Shown: positions 38,045 to 49,074, counted from the stretch's first letter. The stretch is DNA of 64,000 nt from an uncultured Gammaproteobacteria bacterium (GCA_964427735.1 CAYRUS010000001.1:25856-89855); one strand, 5' to 3'. Notes: generated by a model not told the origin, from the sequence alone. Made by a program: numbers and translations.

Positions 38045-39376
38045 CTATTTTCTCTCAATAATATACGTATAAGGATGGTACAAAAATGCAGCAGGAGAAT
38101 CTTCTAATAAAAACCTTTGGAAATCTAAATAAAGAGTTCTTCTAGTTTCCTGATTAATTTCCTTACGACCATCTTCAAGCAATTTATCAATACGAGGATT
38201 TTTGTATCGGGAAATGTTTGTAACACTTTGAGTGGAGTGCCAGAATGAATATTGATCTGGATCTATCGGAGGATCAAATATTGTCAAAAATGCATCAAAT
38301 TCAGTAGGCACGATTGAAGAAACCTGAATAACTACATTAAATCCAAGCTGTCTCCAATAATCAGCGATTTTTTCTGCTTCATTTAATAAAACTGGAGAGG
38401 TTACAAACCTCAATGGCTTTTCCTTTTCCTCTTTAGGTGTATCTTTTAACAGTTCCTTTGCGCGATCCGGGTCAAAGTCGTATTTTTTGACCAACGGATT
38501 GTAAGCCCAATAATCTGGATGAACAGGACTAAATGCTCTTTCACCGTCAAATGAATCCTTATCTATTGCATAAGTTAATGCTTGCCTAACAGCCTTTTCA
38601 GCTACAACACTGCCAGTTTGTGTATCTGTATTAAAAAACAAGGTAACTATTGAAGATTTATTTACTTTTTTTTGAATATTATTTGTTTGCCACTTATCCA
38701 AAGGATCAGAATTTACAATATTTATCAATTTATCCACTTCTCCAAGCTGAAATGCAGTTTTGGCTGCTTCTTCTGTAGGGTAAAATCGGTAAATTTTTTT
38801 ATCTTTTTTGCTGCTTTCTAAATAAATTTCCTTTGTGTAATTATTTGAAAGGGTTATATCTTTTACCACCCACTCACCTGTCCCTAATAATCCTTTTCTA
38901 AAAGTTGGTTTAGACACAATAGAAGGAAACGGTGTGTATTCCTCTTCTAACTTAAAAACTATTGTGTTTTCGCTCGGTCTCTCTATAGTAGTATCACTGA
39001 ACTCATAATTAATTGTGTCGCTACTTACCAAGCTATTATCTTGCCAGACCAATCCTTCTTTTAATGTAAAAACCCATGTTTTCCCTGCATCAGGAGTTTC
39101 CCACGATTCAGCCAAATTAGGACTAACAGTACCGTTCGTATCAATACTTGTTAAACCATCACCTATTTCTTCTAAAATATCTATTGGTAAATTGTCTAAA
39201 TAATACCTGCCGGAAACTCCAATAATTTCGTTAGATTTTAACAACCTCGCATTAATAATAGATGTTGCTCCAAAAAATACACCAATACCGATAAAGATTC
39301 CAAAAAGAATTAGGATTTTAAATCTAGATATAAATGCCAAAGTAAGTCGTGTGTAATAACGAAGAGTTAATAACAT
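38045..39376 (-). CDS. Extracellular solute-binding protein family 5 (oligopeptide/nickel-type SBP), orphan
   Basis: N-terminal TM anchor. ...SPNLAESWETPDAGKTWVFTLKEGLVWQD... SBP_bac_5 pattern. There are no adjacent permease or ATPase genes. Confidence 0.6.
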   Translation of the reverse strand: MLLTLRYYTRLTLAFISRFKILILFGIFIGIGVFFGATSIINARLLKSNEIIGVSGRYYLDNLPIDILEEIGDGLTSIDTNGTVSPNLAESWETPDAGKTWVFTLKEGLVWQDNSLVSSDTINYEFSDTTIERPSENTIVFKLEEEYTPFPSIVSKPTFRKGLLGTGEWVVKDITLSNNYTKEIYLESSKKDKKIYRFYPTEEAAKTAFQLGEVDKLINIVNSDPLDKWQTNNIQKKVNKSSIVTLFFNTDTQTGSVVAEKAVRQALTYAIDKDSFDGERAFSPVHPDYWAYNPLVKKYDFDPDRAKELLKDTPKEEKEKPLRFVTSPVLLNEAEKIADYWRQLGFNVVIQVSSIVPTEFDAFLTIFDPPIDPDQYSFWHSTQSVTNISRYKNPRIDKLLEDGRKEINQETRRTLYLDFQRFLLEDSPAAFLYHPYTYIIERK

Positions 39377-39414
39377 TTTATTTAATTTATAAGTTCAGAT
39401 GCGATAATAATTTT

Positions 39415-39630
39415 CTATAAAGCAACTTGCAAAATAGAAATAACAGTGAAGATAAACGCTACAACAAAAGTTGCCTTAAAAAGTAACTTTTCTAGCCCCC
39501 TTCTTGTGAATGAAGAAGCTTTTCCAGAGCCCCACACTCTTCCCAGTCCGGAACCTTTTGATTGCACTGTTACCAATCCTACTAATAAGACTCCTGAAAT
39601 AATTTGAATGACTAAAACAAAATCTTTCAT
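39415..39630 (-). CDS. secG: Preprotein translocase subunit SecG
   Basis: 71 aa with two TM segments. The VQSKGSGLG...G..ASSFT pattern is typical of SecG. Confidence 0.6.
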   Translation of the reverse strand: MKDFVLVIQIISGVLLVGLVTVQSKGSGLGRVWGSGKASSFTRRGLEKLLFKATFVVAFIFTVISILQVAL

Positions 39631-39668
39631 ACAAAAGTATTATAACTCATATTTTATAAATTTTTAAA

Positions 39669-40073
39669 CTAATCTAAAAATGCATGTAAAAATGAAGTAA
39701 TTATAGAAATAATTAACCCAAACATTATAAGAGCTAATACACCATCTGGAAGGTTAATAGAAGGAATATCTATCCATTTTGAAAAATAACCAGAAAATCT
39801 AAAGCCATTTACCGAAAATCCACTTACTGCTAAAGAAACTATATATAAAGTAATAGCAGAGGATATCCACCTGAATAAACCAAACGTAATTAAATTTATA
39901 GGAAGTATTAAGGCATTTATCACTGGCTTTCCAAAAAAAGTGGTAATTGTTAAAGCTATGCCTGCAATCAAAAGCGTTTTGTGTCCATTTTCAAAAACTA
40001 TTCCTTCTGCAATATTGCTAGCTAAATAAAGAGAAAAAGTATAAATGATAAAATAGCGGACAGTCTTCTTCAT
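39669..40073 (-). CDS. DUF360/holin-family-IV-like membrane protein (second paralog)
   Basis: 134 aa with 4 TM segments. The ILPINLITFGLFRWISSAITLYIVSLAV segment mirrors the protein at 1103..1438. Confidence 0.4.
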   Translation of the reverse strand: MKKTVRYFIIYTFSLYLASNIAEGIVFENGHKTLLIAGIALTITTFFGKPVINALILPINLITFGLFRWISSAITLYIVSLAVSGFSVNGFRFSGYFSKWIDIPSINLPDGVLALIMFGLIISIITSFLHAFLD

Positions 40074-40120
40074 AAATTCATTATATAAAATTTAACATTA
40101 TCAATCGAATTAACTAAGGA

Positions 40121-41443
40121 TTATATTGAAGTCAACTCTTTTTGCAGTAATTTATGGTGGTATCTCCTTGCAAATCTATGAGCTTCATCTCTAATTCTTT
40201 GCACAAGATTTTTTGCACCACCTTTCGGGAGCTTCATTTCCTTAAACTTTATGACTCCTCTATGTTCTGCAGGAATTATTAGTTTTTCCTCTCGCTTAGC
40301 AATACCAACAACCTGTACTCCTGCTTTTCTCATTACACTTAAAAAGACACCAACTTGAGTTCTACCACCATCAACAATAATTAAGTCAGGCATACCCCAA
40401 TCAGCAAACCTTTTTTCTCTCCGAATAGCAATTTCCCTCATGCTATCAACATCGCTCCTGGTTTTATTTTGACGGATTTTAAAATGGCGATACATTGATT
40501 TATCAGCCTCTCCATTTATAAAAGTAACCATGGAAGCAGTAGCTTTTATACCAGAAAGATGAGCTATATCAAAACATTCAATTCTCTGAAGCTTCTGAGG
40601 TACCCAAGCATGCTTGGCTATTATTTCTCTTAGCTGTGTTATTTCATTTAACCTAATGTCTTCTTTTAAATTAGGGTCTTTTATATATTCGGAAGCAGGT
40701 ACTGTAGGTCTTGTTATATAATCCAAGTTGCTTATTTGTTTTTTTACTTTGGCAGCTTCTTCATAGTTTTCTTCTTTGGATAATTTCTCCATTTTCTTCA
40801 CCATATTTTTTCTGACTGAAGTTATTCTTCCTGTAAGGACCCCTCTTATCATCCTTATATTATAGTTATATTCTTTTTTATAAATGCTTTTGATTTTTGC
40901 ATTTTTAATACTTTCAATAGAGTTTGGACAAGGATCACATAACCCTAACTGACTATATAGACATTTTCTTTTTCCTAGCTTGTGTGTTGCATACGGAAAT
41001 GATCTTCTTAGCTGCTTCAAGACAGAATAAACTGTTCTAGATGAAGGAAATGGCCCAAAGGAAATTTTGCTATCTATATCTTTGTCAGCCTTTCTAGCTG
41101 TTATTACCCTTGGATATGTTTCATTAGTAATTTTTATGTATAGCGGATGTTTATCATCCTTTAATTCAACATTATAAGGTGGAGAAAATTTTTTTATTAA
41201 TTTAGCTTCCAATAACAATGCCTCTAAATCAGACGTTGTCTTTATATAAGAAATATAATCAGATGTCTCGATCATTTTTTTTGTTTTACCAGATAAACTG
41301 CTGTGGAAATAACTTTTTACCCTATTTTTTAAATTAATTGCCTTCCCCACATAATGGGGCTCTTCCTTATTCCAAAAAATATAAACTCCCGAATCTTCAG
41401 GAACATTTTTAATTGTACTTTTGCTTATTTTATATTTATCCAT
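40121..41443 (-). CDS. uvrC: Excinuclease ABC subunit C (short form lacking the C-terminal HhH region)
   Basis: GIY-YIG N-terminus (GVYIFWNKEEPHYVGKAINLKNR). Endonuclease region ...RIECFDIAHLSG... Confidence 0.8.
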   Translation of the reverse strand: MDKYKISKSTIKNVPEDSGVYIFWNKEEPHYVGKAINLKNRVKSYFHSSLSGKTKKMIETSDYISYIKTTSDLEALLLEAKLIKKFSPPYNVELKDDKHPLYIKITNETYPRVITARKADKDIDSKISFGPFPSSRTVYSVLKQLRRSFPYATHKLGKRKCLYSQLGLCDPCPNSIESIKNAKIKSIYKKEYNYNIRMIRGVLTGRITSVRKNMVKKMEKLSKEENYEEAAKVKKQISNLDYITRPTVPASEYIKDPNLKEDIRLNEITQLREIIAKHAWVPQKLQRIECFDIAHLSGIKATASMVTFINGEADKSMYRHFKIRQNKTRSDVDSMREIAIRREKRFADWGMPDLIIVDGGRTQVGVFLSVMRKAGVQVVGIAKREEKLIIPAEHRGVIKFKEMKLPKGGAKNLVQRIRDEAHRFARRYHHKLLQKELTSI

Positions 41444-41463
41444 AAGTATTTAATGAAGAATTG

Positions 41464-43299
41464 TCATTTAGTTCGCCTTAATAATAGCAGAAACCTTTTA
41501 AAACTGAATTTTTTAATCTTTACCAAAAATAACAAGACAACGACAGTCAATATTGTAAAGGTTGAGAGCAAATTAGTAATAATAATCGAGACCTTTCCAG
41601 TTGCTATACTTTCTCTTATAAAGCCTGATTTTACCCCTATCTGATTTGGAATATTTTCACCTATTAAATTAAACGGAGTTTTTTTACTAAGTGTATAAGT
41701 AGAGTACGGAGCAATAAACTCTGCTGTGTTTACTTCTTTTAGAGAGTCATCGAAATAAACCTCCAAATCGTGGTTATAAAGAGCATTAGGACCGGGGTTG
41801 TAAACTTTTATGAAATATTCCTGTGGCAAAAAAGGTATATGAGTTCCTCTTTCTATTTCTATCAAAATAGGCTTTATTGTCTTATTTGGGGATTGAGCAA
41901 AATTGACAAATACATCCTTTTGGGGATTTGAACCAAGTTTGTAAGATCCAGGTGGGTATGGCTTAACAGGATCAATGCCATGGATAACAAACGTAAAATG
42001 CCTTAAATCGATTTTCTCAAAAAAATCATTACCACTGGTAGCTCCCCAAGTTGGATCAACTGGAATCCAAACGCCTTTTGATTCATCCCAATATTCAGGC
42101 CAAGCATGTAAAACATCAGCCACTAAGGAAAGCGGTTGTATTTCTGGATTTTCTGTATAAGCATAACCATTTACTTCTCTTGCAGGAATTCCTGCCGCAC
42201 GAGCTATTGCTATAAATGCGTCAGTAAACTCCATACAAATAGCGGAGTTTGGATTTTTGAGAGCTTCTACTGCTCCTAGTCTTTGTACATTAGATCTAAC
42301 CCTGGAGTAATCATAGTTGAGATTGTTGACAACATAATCATATATCGCTCGTGGAGTTTTTAGTTCATTTGCCAATCTAATTATTTCAGGGTCTGAAGTC
42401 TGCCAATATTCAGTCTCTTTAAGATAATCCTGTAAGTTCTGTCCTGGATAACTAAAGTTTCGCTGATAAGCAGAATAAAGTTCTACAGTACCTGCAACTA
42501 CCACATCAACTCTTTCTCTAGCACCTAGATTAAACACAGCCAACCAATTTCCATCTTTGTCTCTTTTTATTTCCTTTGGTTTTGGATTAATGTCCTCTAT
42601 ATAAACCTTCTGAAATGCAGTATCAGGCGGAATGGTTATTTCGACATCTGAGTTTTTTGGAAGTGGATTTTCTAGATGATAGTTAAGCAAAAAAGAATAT
42701 GCTTGAAGGTTCCCAAACGCCATTACAATTCCTGACTCAGAAATATGATTTTGATCAAAATCATATCGTCTATTTTCCCCCTGCTCTTTGAGGTCATAGG
42801 TATTTGGATCAACATATGCGATAGGTCCATATGCTTTTGGAATAACTACACTATAGCTTAAGTTTCTATACAAACTCTTATCAGTAACTGAAGGTACCAC
42901 TATTTCCCACACTTCACCTGTTCTTTTTGCCATACCTTTTACCATATATTCCACATTAAAATCTCTCACACTCCCCATACCAACAACGCTATCATCAAAA
43001 GTAATTCTTATTGAAGTCTTTTCATCCTCTCTCTTTATGTTAGTTTCTAATTGTTGATTGCTTTCATAAGCATTAACAGAATAAACATCAATATTAGATA
43101 AACTAAGTACAAAACTTTTGGCAAGTAAACTGCTTTGTGCATTTTCAAGTTTTATATTTTGTCTGACCAAAGTATCACCACTTTCCTTAAATTCATAAGT
43201 CATATGCGTATCAACATAAAATTCCTGTGCTTTTGTTGTTTGCCAAGAAAACAAAAAGAGTAAGCTAGCTAAAGTAAAAACAGTGGCTATAAATTTCAT
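41464..43299 (-). CDS. Secreted transglutaminase-like (papain-fold Cys/His/Asp) protein with a C-terminal TM anchor
   Basis: ...NSAICMEFTDAFIAIARAAGIPAREVNGYAY...HAWPEYWD...WIPVDPTW transglutaminase core. I set the start to MKFIATV to avoid overlap with uvrA. Confidence 0.6.
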   Translation of the reverse strand: MKFIATVFTLASLLFLFSWQTTKAQEFYVDTHMTYEFKESGDTLVRQNIKLENAQSSLLAKSFVLSLSNIDVYSVNAYESNQQLETNIKREDEKTSIRITFDDSVVGMGSVRDFNVEYMVKGMAKRTGEVWEIVVPSVTDKSLYRNLSYSVVIPKAYGPIAYVDPNTYDLKEQGENRRYDFDQNHISESGIVMAFGNLQAYSFLLNYHLENPLPKNSDVEITIPPDTAFQKVYIEDINPKPKEIKRDKDGNWLAVFNLGARERVDVVVAGTVELYSAYQRNFSYPGQNLQDYLKETEYWQTSDPEIIRLANELKTPRAIYDYVVNNLNYDYSRVRSNVQRLGAVEALKNPNSAICMEFTDAFIAIARAAGIPAREVNGYAYTENPEIQPLSLVADVLHAWPEYWDESKGVWIPVDPTWGATSGNDFFEKIDLRHFTFVIHGIDPVKPYPPGSYKLGSNPQKDVFVNFAQSPNKTIKPILIEIERGTHIPFLPQEYFIKVYNPGPNALYNHDLEVYFDDSLKEVNTAEFIAPYSTYTLSKKTPFNLIGENIPNQIGVKSGFIRESIATGKVSIIITNLLSTFTILTVVVLLFLVKIKKFSFKRFLLLLRRTK

Positions 43300-43309
43300 T
43301 AACTTGACG

Positions 43310-46249
43310 TTATGAAGAAAGTGCATTTTTAAGATATTGAACAGTATAAGACTCATCATTTTTCATTATATCTTTTATTGTACCTTGTGTGACTACCATT
43401 CCACCTTCTGATCCTCCTTCAGGACCAATATCGATAATCCAGTCTGCATTTTTTATTACATCCATGTTGTGTTCAATAAGTAACACAGAGTTACCTCTGT
43501 TTACCAATTCTCTCAACACATTCATAAGTTTCTCTAAATCAGCAAAGTGCAATCCTGTCGTTGGTTCATCCAGAATATATACAGTATTTCCTGTGTCTCT
43601 TTTTGCCAGTTCGGCTGATAATTTAACTCTTTGGGCCTCTCCTCCAGAAAGTGTAGTTGCTGGCTGTCCAAGTTCCATATATCCTAACCCTACCTGTTCA
43701 AGTGTTTCAAGTCTTTTAACAATAGGTGGATGTGCATGAAAAAACTCCTTTGCCTCTAAAATTGTCATTTCCAAAACATCAGCAATATTTTTTCCTTTAT
43801 ATATTATTTCAAGAGTTTGTTCATTGTATCTTTTGCCCTTACAGACTTCGCATTCAACCCAGATATCACTCATAAATTGCATTTCAATTTTTATCTGACC
43901 CTGACCTTCGCATGCCTCGCAACGCCCACCTTTTACATTAAAAGAAAAGCGACCTTTTTTAAATCCAGATATTTTTGCATCTCTTGTCTCTGCAAAAACA
44001 TCTCTAACATAATCAAAAAGTTTAGTATATGTTGCTGGATTACTTCGAGGCGTTCTTCCTATTGGAGATTGATCAATCAGGATCACTTTATCAACATTCT
44101 CAACCCCAGTTATTTTCTCATATTTACCAATCTCTCCATTGTGATATGGATTAAAATGCTTCATCAAAGCAGGGTAAAGGGTATCAACAAGGAGTGAAGA
44201 CTTTCCACTACCGGAAACTCCGGTTATAACAACCATTCTCCCCAAAGGAAACTCTACATCAATATTTTTTAAATTATACTGACTACAGCCATATATTTTA
44301 ATTTTCTTTTCCTTTATTCCATTTTTCTCTAAACTACCAATTTTAATTTTCTTTTTTCCGGATAAATATTTGCCTGTGATAGAATTTGAATCTTTTTGAA
44401 TTTCTTCAGGTGTTCCTTGGGCTATTACAGCTCCACCGAACTTCCCTGCTTGAGGACCAAAATCAACAACATAATCAGATTGTCTAATCATATCTTCGTC
44501 GTGCTCTACAACAACAACACTATTACCTAAATCTCTTAGCTTTTTTAAAGTATCAATTAATCTTTGATTATCTCTTTGATGTAAACCAATAGTTGGTTCG
44601 TCTAAAACATACAAAACCCCAGACAAACCTGAACCGATTTGACTAGCCAATCTAATTCTCTGAGCTTCTCCCCCTGATAAAGTAGAAGATGATCTGTCAA
44701 TAGTAAGATACTGCAACCCAACTGACTTAAGAAAATCTAATCTTACTTTGATCTCCTTTAAAATTAATTTTCCTATTTGGGACTCACGATCAGCGCTTTC
44801 TTCACTTTTTTTAAGTAAATCGCTTACCCATTCCAAAGAGTCATTAATTGACACTGAAGCTACATCAGCAATTGACAAATCATTTATTGTTATACTTAAA
44901 GCCTGCTTTTTTAATCTACTACCATTGCATTTTGGACAAACCTTTTCTCTCATATATTTTTCGATACTGGATCTTACATGATCAGAATCTGTGTTTGCAT
45001 GCCTCTTTTCTAACTCTGCAATAACGCCTGGAAATTCTTCGTATATATGGGTTATTCTTCCTTGTCTGTTCTTACCCTCCACTCTATATGATTTATCTCC
45101 TGTTCCGTCAAGTAATAATTGAATTTGGCTTTTGGTTAAATTTTTAATAGGTTCTCTGGGATCGATACCATTTTCTTCTGCTACTGTTTTTAGAATTCTT
45201 GCATACCACGTATCATGTTCGAACAAATTAGCGAATGGAAGTATGCCACCTTCAGTTATAGATAAGTCTTCAGAAAAAATTAAATCCGGTTCAACTTTCT
45301 GAATTCTGCCAATTCCTGAACACTCCTCACATGCTCCATGAGGAGAATTGAATGAAAATGTTCTTGGCTCTATTTCTGGAAGTTGAATATTATCAAACGG
45401 ACAAGCAAACTTTTCAGAATACAACCGATCACTAAAATCTTTTGGTTTTGATGGCATCTCTAGACTGCTATCTTTGATTTTAGAAATAATAACAAGACCT
45501 TCTGACATATTAAGTGCTGTTTCAACAGAATCATTAATTCTCTTTTTGAAAGAATCAGTAGCAACTTCATCCTCAAATATATTTTTGCTTACTGATACTC
45601 TATCAACCACTGCATCAATTGAGTGCTTATTTGTTTTTATTAATACAAATTCTTCACTTAGATCTCTAATATGACCATCAACCCTTACCTGTGTAAATCC
45701 TTTGGCTTTTAAGTTAGCAAACAATGAAGTAAACTCACCTTTTTTATCGGTTACTATCGGGGATAAAATATAATACCTTGCAACCTTTTCTGTTTTTATA
45801 TCTTCTTTCATTACTTTTACTGAAGAATCAACTATCTGATCAACAGTCTGGCTTACTATTTCTCGTCCACAAATCGGACAATGAGGATGCCCAATCCTTG
45901 CAAAAAGAAGTCTAAGATAATCATAAACTTCTGTTATTGTTCCCACAGTAGATCTTGGATTTTTTGAGGTTGTCTTTTGGTCAATGGAGATGGCAGGTGA
46001 AAGACCTTCTATTGTGTCTATATCCGGCTTTTCCATAACACCCAAAAACTGCCTTGCATATGTAGAAAGGCTCTCTACATATCGTCTTTGTCCTTCAGCG
46101 TATATTGTGTCGAAGGCAAGAGAGCTTTTACCACTTCCTGATACACCTGTAAAAACTACAAGCTTATTTTTAGGGATATCCAGATTCACATTTTTTAAGT
46201 TATGTTGTCTAGCCCCTCTTATTTTTATTTTATCGTCCATTTTGTCCAC
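43310..46249 (-). CDS. uvrA: Excinuclease ABC subunit A
   Basis: MDKMDDKIKIRGARQHNLKNV...TGVSGSGKSSLAFDTIYAEGQRRYVESLS. 979 aa with two ABC ATPase modules. Confidence 0.9.
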   Translation of the reverse strand: MDKMDDKIKIRGARQHNLKNVNLDIPKNKLVVFTGVSGSGKSSLAFDTIYAEGQRRYVESLSTYARQFLGVMEKPDIDTIEGLSPAISIDQKTTSKNPRSTVGTITEVYDYLRLLFARIGHPHCPICGREIVSQTVDQIVDSSVKVMKEDIKTEKVARYYILSPIVTDKKGEFTSLFANLKAKGFTQVRVDGHIRDLSEEFVLIKTNKHSIDAVVDRVSVSKNIFEDEVATDSFKKRINDSVETALNMSEGLVIISKIKDSSLEMPSKPKDFSDRLYSEKFACPFDNIQLPEIEPRTFSFNSPHGACEECSGIGRIQKVEPDLIFSEDLSITEGGILPFANLFEHDTWYARILKTVAEENGIDPREPIKNLTKSQIQLLLDGTGDKSYRVEGKNRQGRITHIYEEFPGVIAELEKRHANTDSDHVRSSIEKYMREKVCPKCNGSRLKKQALSITINDLSIADVASVSINDSLEWVSDLLKKSEESADRESQIGKLILKEIKVRLDFLKSVGLQYLTIDRSSSTLSGGEAQRIRLASQIGSGLSGVLYVLDEPTIGLHQRDNQRLIDTLKKLRDLGNSVVVVEHDEDMIRQSDYVVDFGPQAGKFGGAVIAQGTPEEIQKDSNSITGKYLSGKKKIKIGSLEKNGIKEKKIKIYGCSQYNLKNIDVEFPLGRMVVITGVSGSGKSSLLVDTLYPALMKHFNPYHNGEIGKYEKITGVENVDKVILIDQSPIGRTPRSNPATYTKLFDYVRDVFAETRDAKISGFKKGRFSFNVKGGRCEACEGQGQIKIEMQFMSDIWVECEVCKGKRYNEQTLEIIYKGKNIADVLEMTILEAKEFFHAHPPIVKRLETLEQVGLGYMELGQPATTLSGGEAQRVKLSAELAKRDTGNTVYILDEPTTGLHFADLEKLMNVLRELVNRGNSVLLIEHNMDVIKNADWIIDIGPEGGSEGGMVVTQGTIKDIMKNDESYTVQYLKNALSS

Positions 46250-46359
46250 GCAGTGGCCGCCAGCGGTTTATAAAGAGTATCCGTGGCACAAATGCTATCT
46301 TAGTCTATGAAGTGAGTTTTTGCAATAGAAATTTCGGGTTTTATTTGATGATGCTGGAA

Positions 46360-46989
46360 TTACTTTTCATCAATATTAGAAGATGTATCACCTTCAACTT
46401 TACCAAAACCAAAAGGGGGGAGGTATTGCCATGCATTCACTGGAGGTCCGTGTCTTTCATCCCATTCTTTACTGGATGCTAAATCATTTACAAATCTCGC
46501 ATATTCCTCAGCCACAGCTGGATCTTTAATACCTGTAACTGCTTGAACTTCATCAGTTAACAAGATCATTCCTTTCACCTCTCTTAAATGTTTTATAAGT
46601 TCTATAACTCTTTTTATGGGTTCGGAATGTTCTATGGGAAGTAATGGAAGTAATGTCCATGCAGGTCCTTTATGACCTTCGGATTTTCTTATTAATTCTT
46701 CTAAGTTGTTTTGATCTTCTTGTATTGCTTTTTCGAAATGTTCTTCTAATTGTTCATTAATGCCATTTATCCTACCATGAGTTGCATATAGATGGTTAAC
46801 CACGACGGTATATGCTTTGACTAATTCTTCGTCATCTAATCCTAATATAAGTGAGGTTGCTTTTTCTGTTAACTCTTTGTCTGTTACTACTATGAAACTT
46901 CCTAGCTGCTCTATAAGCGCAAACCGACCTGCTCTCTCTATTGATAATCTTTCTTGTTGCTCTTTATAACTCTCGTGTTCAACTCTCAT
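46360..46989 (-). CDS. Hypothetical protein embedded between uvrA and uvrB
   Basis: 209-aa ORF. No family recognised. Confidence 0.4.
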   Translation of the reverse strand: MRVEHESYKEQQERLSIERAGRFALIEQLGSFIVVTDKELTEKATSLILGLDDEELVKAYTVVVNHLYATHGRINGINEQLEEHFEKAIQEDQNNLEELIRKSEGHKGPAWTLLPLLPIEHSEPIKRVIELIKHLREVKGMILLTDEVQAVTGIKDPAVAEEYARFVNDLASSKEWDERHGPPVNAWQYLPPFGFGKVEGDTSSNIDEK

Positions 46990-47019
46990 AATACGATGAT
47001 ATCAGCACTTTTAACAATG

Positions 47020-49074
47020 TCAATTCTCAATTTCCTTAATCTTATCTCTTATCTCTGCAGCTAATTCAAAATGCAAATCTTCTGCTGCAATTCTCATCTC
47101 TTTTTTAAGTTTTTTAACTAACTTTTTCTTCTCATTGGGTGTCATGCTATCAATGTCTATATGTGGCAACGTCTCAAAAGTAGTCTCCTCAAACCCTATT
47201 TCCCAAGGTTTAACAGTTTCTTTTGTTCTTAGTATTATTTGTTCTCTAATCGGCTTTTCAACAGACCTGGGTGTAATATTATGCTTCTTGTTATATTCTA
47301 TTTGGTATTCACGACGCCTTTCAACCTCGTCTAATGCCCGCTTCATCGAACCTGTAATAGAATCAGCATAAAGTATTACTTCTCCTTTAACATGTCTTGC
47401 TGCTCTTCCCATTGTTTGAATCAGTGTTACATCACTTCTCAGAAAACCCTCCTTATCCGCATCCAAAATTGCTACTAAAGAAACTTCTGGTAAGTCCAGC
47501 CCTTCACGAAGCAAATTTATTCCAACTAAACAATCATAATTTCCTTTTCTTAAGTCATCCAAAATATCAGTCCTATCCAAAGTATGTACATCTGAATGGA
47601 GATAATGAACCTTAATACCTTTCTCATCCAAGAACTGAGCTAAATCTTCAGCAGTTCGTTTGGTTAAAGTGGTTACCAACGTGCGCTCATTTTTCTTTAC
47701 TCTCTTTTTTATCTCTTCTATGACATCAGCAACTTGTGATTTTGTAGGTTTGACTTCAACCTCAGGATCAGGAATTCCGGTAGGTCTTATTAATTGCTCC
47801 ACAATTCCTTTTTCAGCTTTATCTGAACCATAAATCATAGCCGCAGATTCTCTTGCCTTTGACAATTCCCAATCTGCTGGTGTTGCACTAGTAGCAATAA
47901 AGTTCGGTATTCTTCTCATAAATTCTTCAAATTTTAATGGTCGATTATCCAAAGCAGAAGGCAACCTAAATCCATAGTCAATTAAAGTCTCTTTACGAGA
48001 CCTATCACCTGCATACATTCCTCTAATCTGGGGAAATGTAATATGGCTTTCATCCACTATTACTAGCCAGTCATCACCGAATGGTTTATTGAAATAATCC
48101 AAAAGAGAGTAAGGCGGATCTCCGGGGTTTCTACCGTCAAAATATCTGGAATAATTCTCAATTCCTTTTACATAACCAACTTCTTCTATCATTTCCAAGT
48201 CATAACTTACCCTTTGGGAAAGTCGATGAGCCTCTAGCTCTTTGCCTGCACCCTTTAGATCACTTACTCTTTTGTTTAAGTCTCCTCTAATTTGTTGAAA
48301 AATTTCTTTGTTATTTGTGTTCTCGGTTACAAAATGCTTAGCCGGGTAAAGAACAAATTCTGTCTCATCTTCTTTGGTAATTTGACCACTTACTGGATGA
48401 ATAACTTTTATTGAAGAAATTAAATCATCAAACAACTCAAGACGGAAAGCTTCATCCTGATAAGAAGGAAAGATATCTATTATATCTCCTCTTACTCTAA
48501 AACTACCTCGCTTAAATCCAAAATCAGCCCGTTCATATTGAAGATCAATTAGGTCTTTTAATATTTCATTTCTATCTTTTTTCTCTCCTTTTTTTATCTC
48601 TAATGCAAAATTACTATAATCGACAGGAGAACCAATGTTATAAATACAAGAAACTGATGCAACGACGACGACGTCTTTTCTGGTCATAAGGTTAGTTGTT
48701 GCAGCCAAACGTAGTTTATCTATTAACTCATTTATACCGGCATCTTTTTCTATATATGTATCTGTACTTGGAATATAAGCTTCTGGCTGATAGTAGTCGT
48801 AGTAAGACACGAAATAACTTACAGCATTATCCGGGAAAAAATCTTTAAATTCTTGATATAGTTGAGCTGCTAATGTCTTATTGTGAGAAATTATCAAAGT
48901 TGGCTTTTGGAGGTTCTCTATAACATTTGCTGCTGTGAAAGTTTTACCTGAACCAGTTACCCCTAAAAGAACTTGATAATCAATTCCATCTTCAATTCCC
49001 TTAGAAAGCAATTCTATAGCTTTTGATTGTTCTTTGATTGGCTTAAAGTTAGAATTTAGTTTAAATTTTGCCAT
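47020..49074 (-). CDS. uvrB: Excinuclease ABC subunit B
   Basis: ...LLGVTGSGKTFTAANVIE...YFVSYYDYYQPEAY... helicase motifs. C-terminal UVR domain. Confidence 0.9.
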   Translation of the reverse strand: MAKFKLNSNFKPIKEQSKAIELLSKGIEDGIDYQVLLGVTGSGKTFTAANVIENLQKPTLIISHNKTLAAQLYQEFKDFFPDNAVSYFVSYYDYYQPEAYIPSTDTYIEKDAGINELIDKLRLAATTNLMTRKDVVVVASVSCIYNIGSPVDYSNFALEIKKGEKKDRNEILKDLIDLQYERADFGFKRGSFRVRGDIIDIFPSYQDEAFRLELFDDLISSIKVIHPVSGQITKEDETEFVLYPAKHFVTENTNNKEIFQQIRGDLNKRVSDLKGAGKELEAHRLSQRVSYDLEMIEEVGYVKGIENYSRYFDGRNPGDPPYSLLDYFNKPFGDDWLVIVDESHITFPQIRGMYAGDRSRKETLIDYGFRLPSALDNRPLKFEEFMRRIPNFIATSATPADWELSKARESAAMIYGSDKAEKGIVEQLIRPTGIPDPEVEVKPTKSQVADVIEEIKKRVKKNERTLVTTLTKRTAEDLAQFLDEKGIKVHYLHSDVHTLDRTDILDDLRKGNYDCLVGINLLREGLDLPEVSLVAILDADKEGFLRSDVTLIQTMGRAARHVKGEVILYADSITGSMKRALDEVERRREYQIEYNKKHNITPRSVEKPIREQIILRTKETVKPWEIGFEETTFETLPHIDIDSMTPNEKKKLVKKLKKEMRIAAEDLHFELAAEIRDKIKEIEN

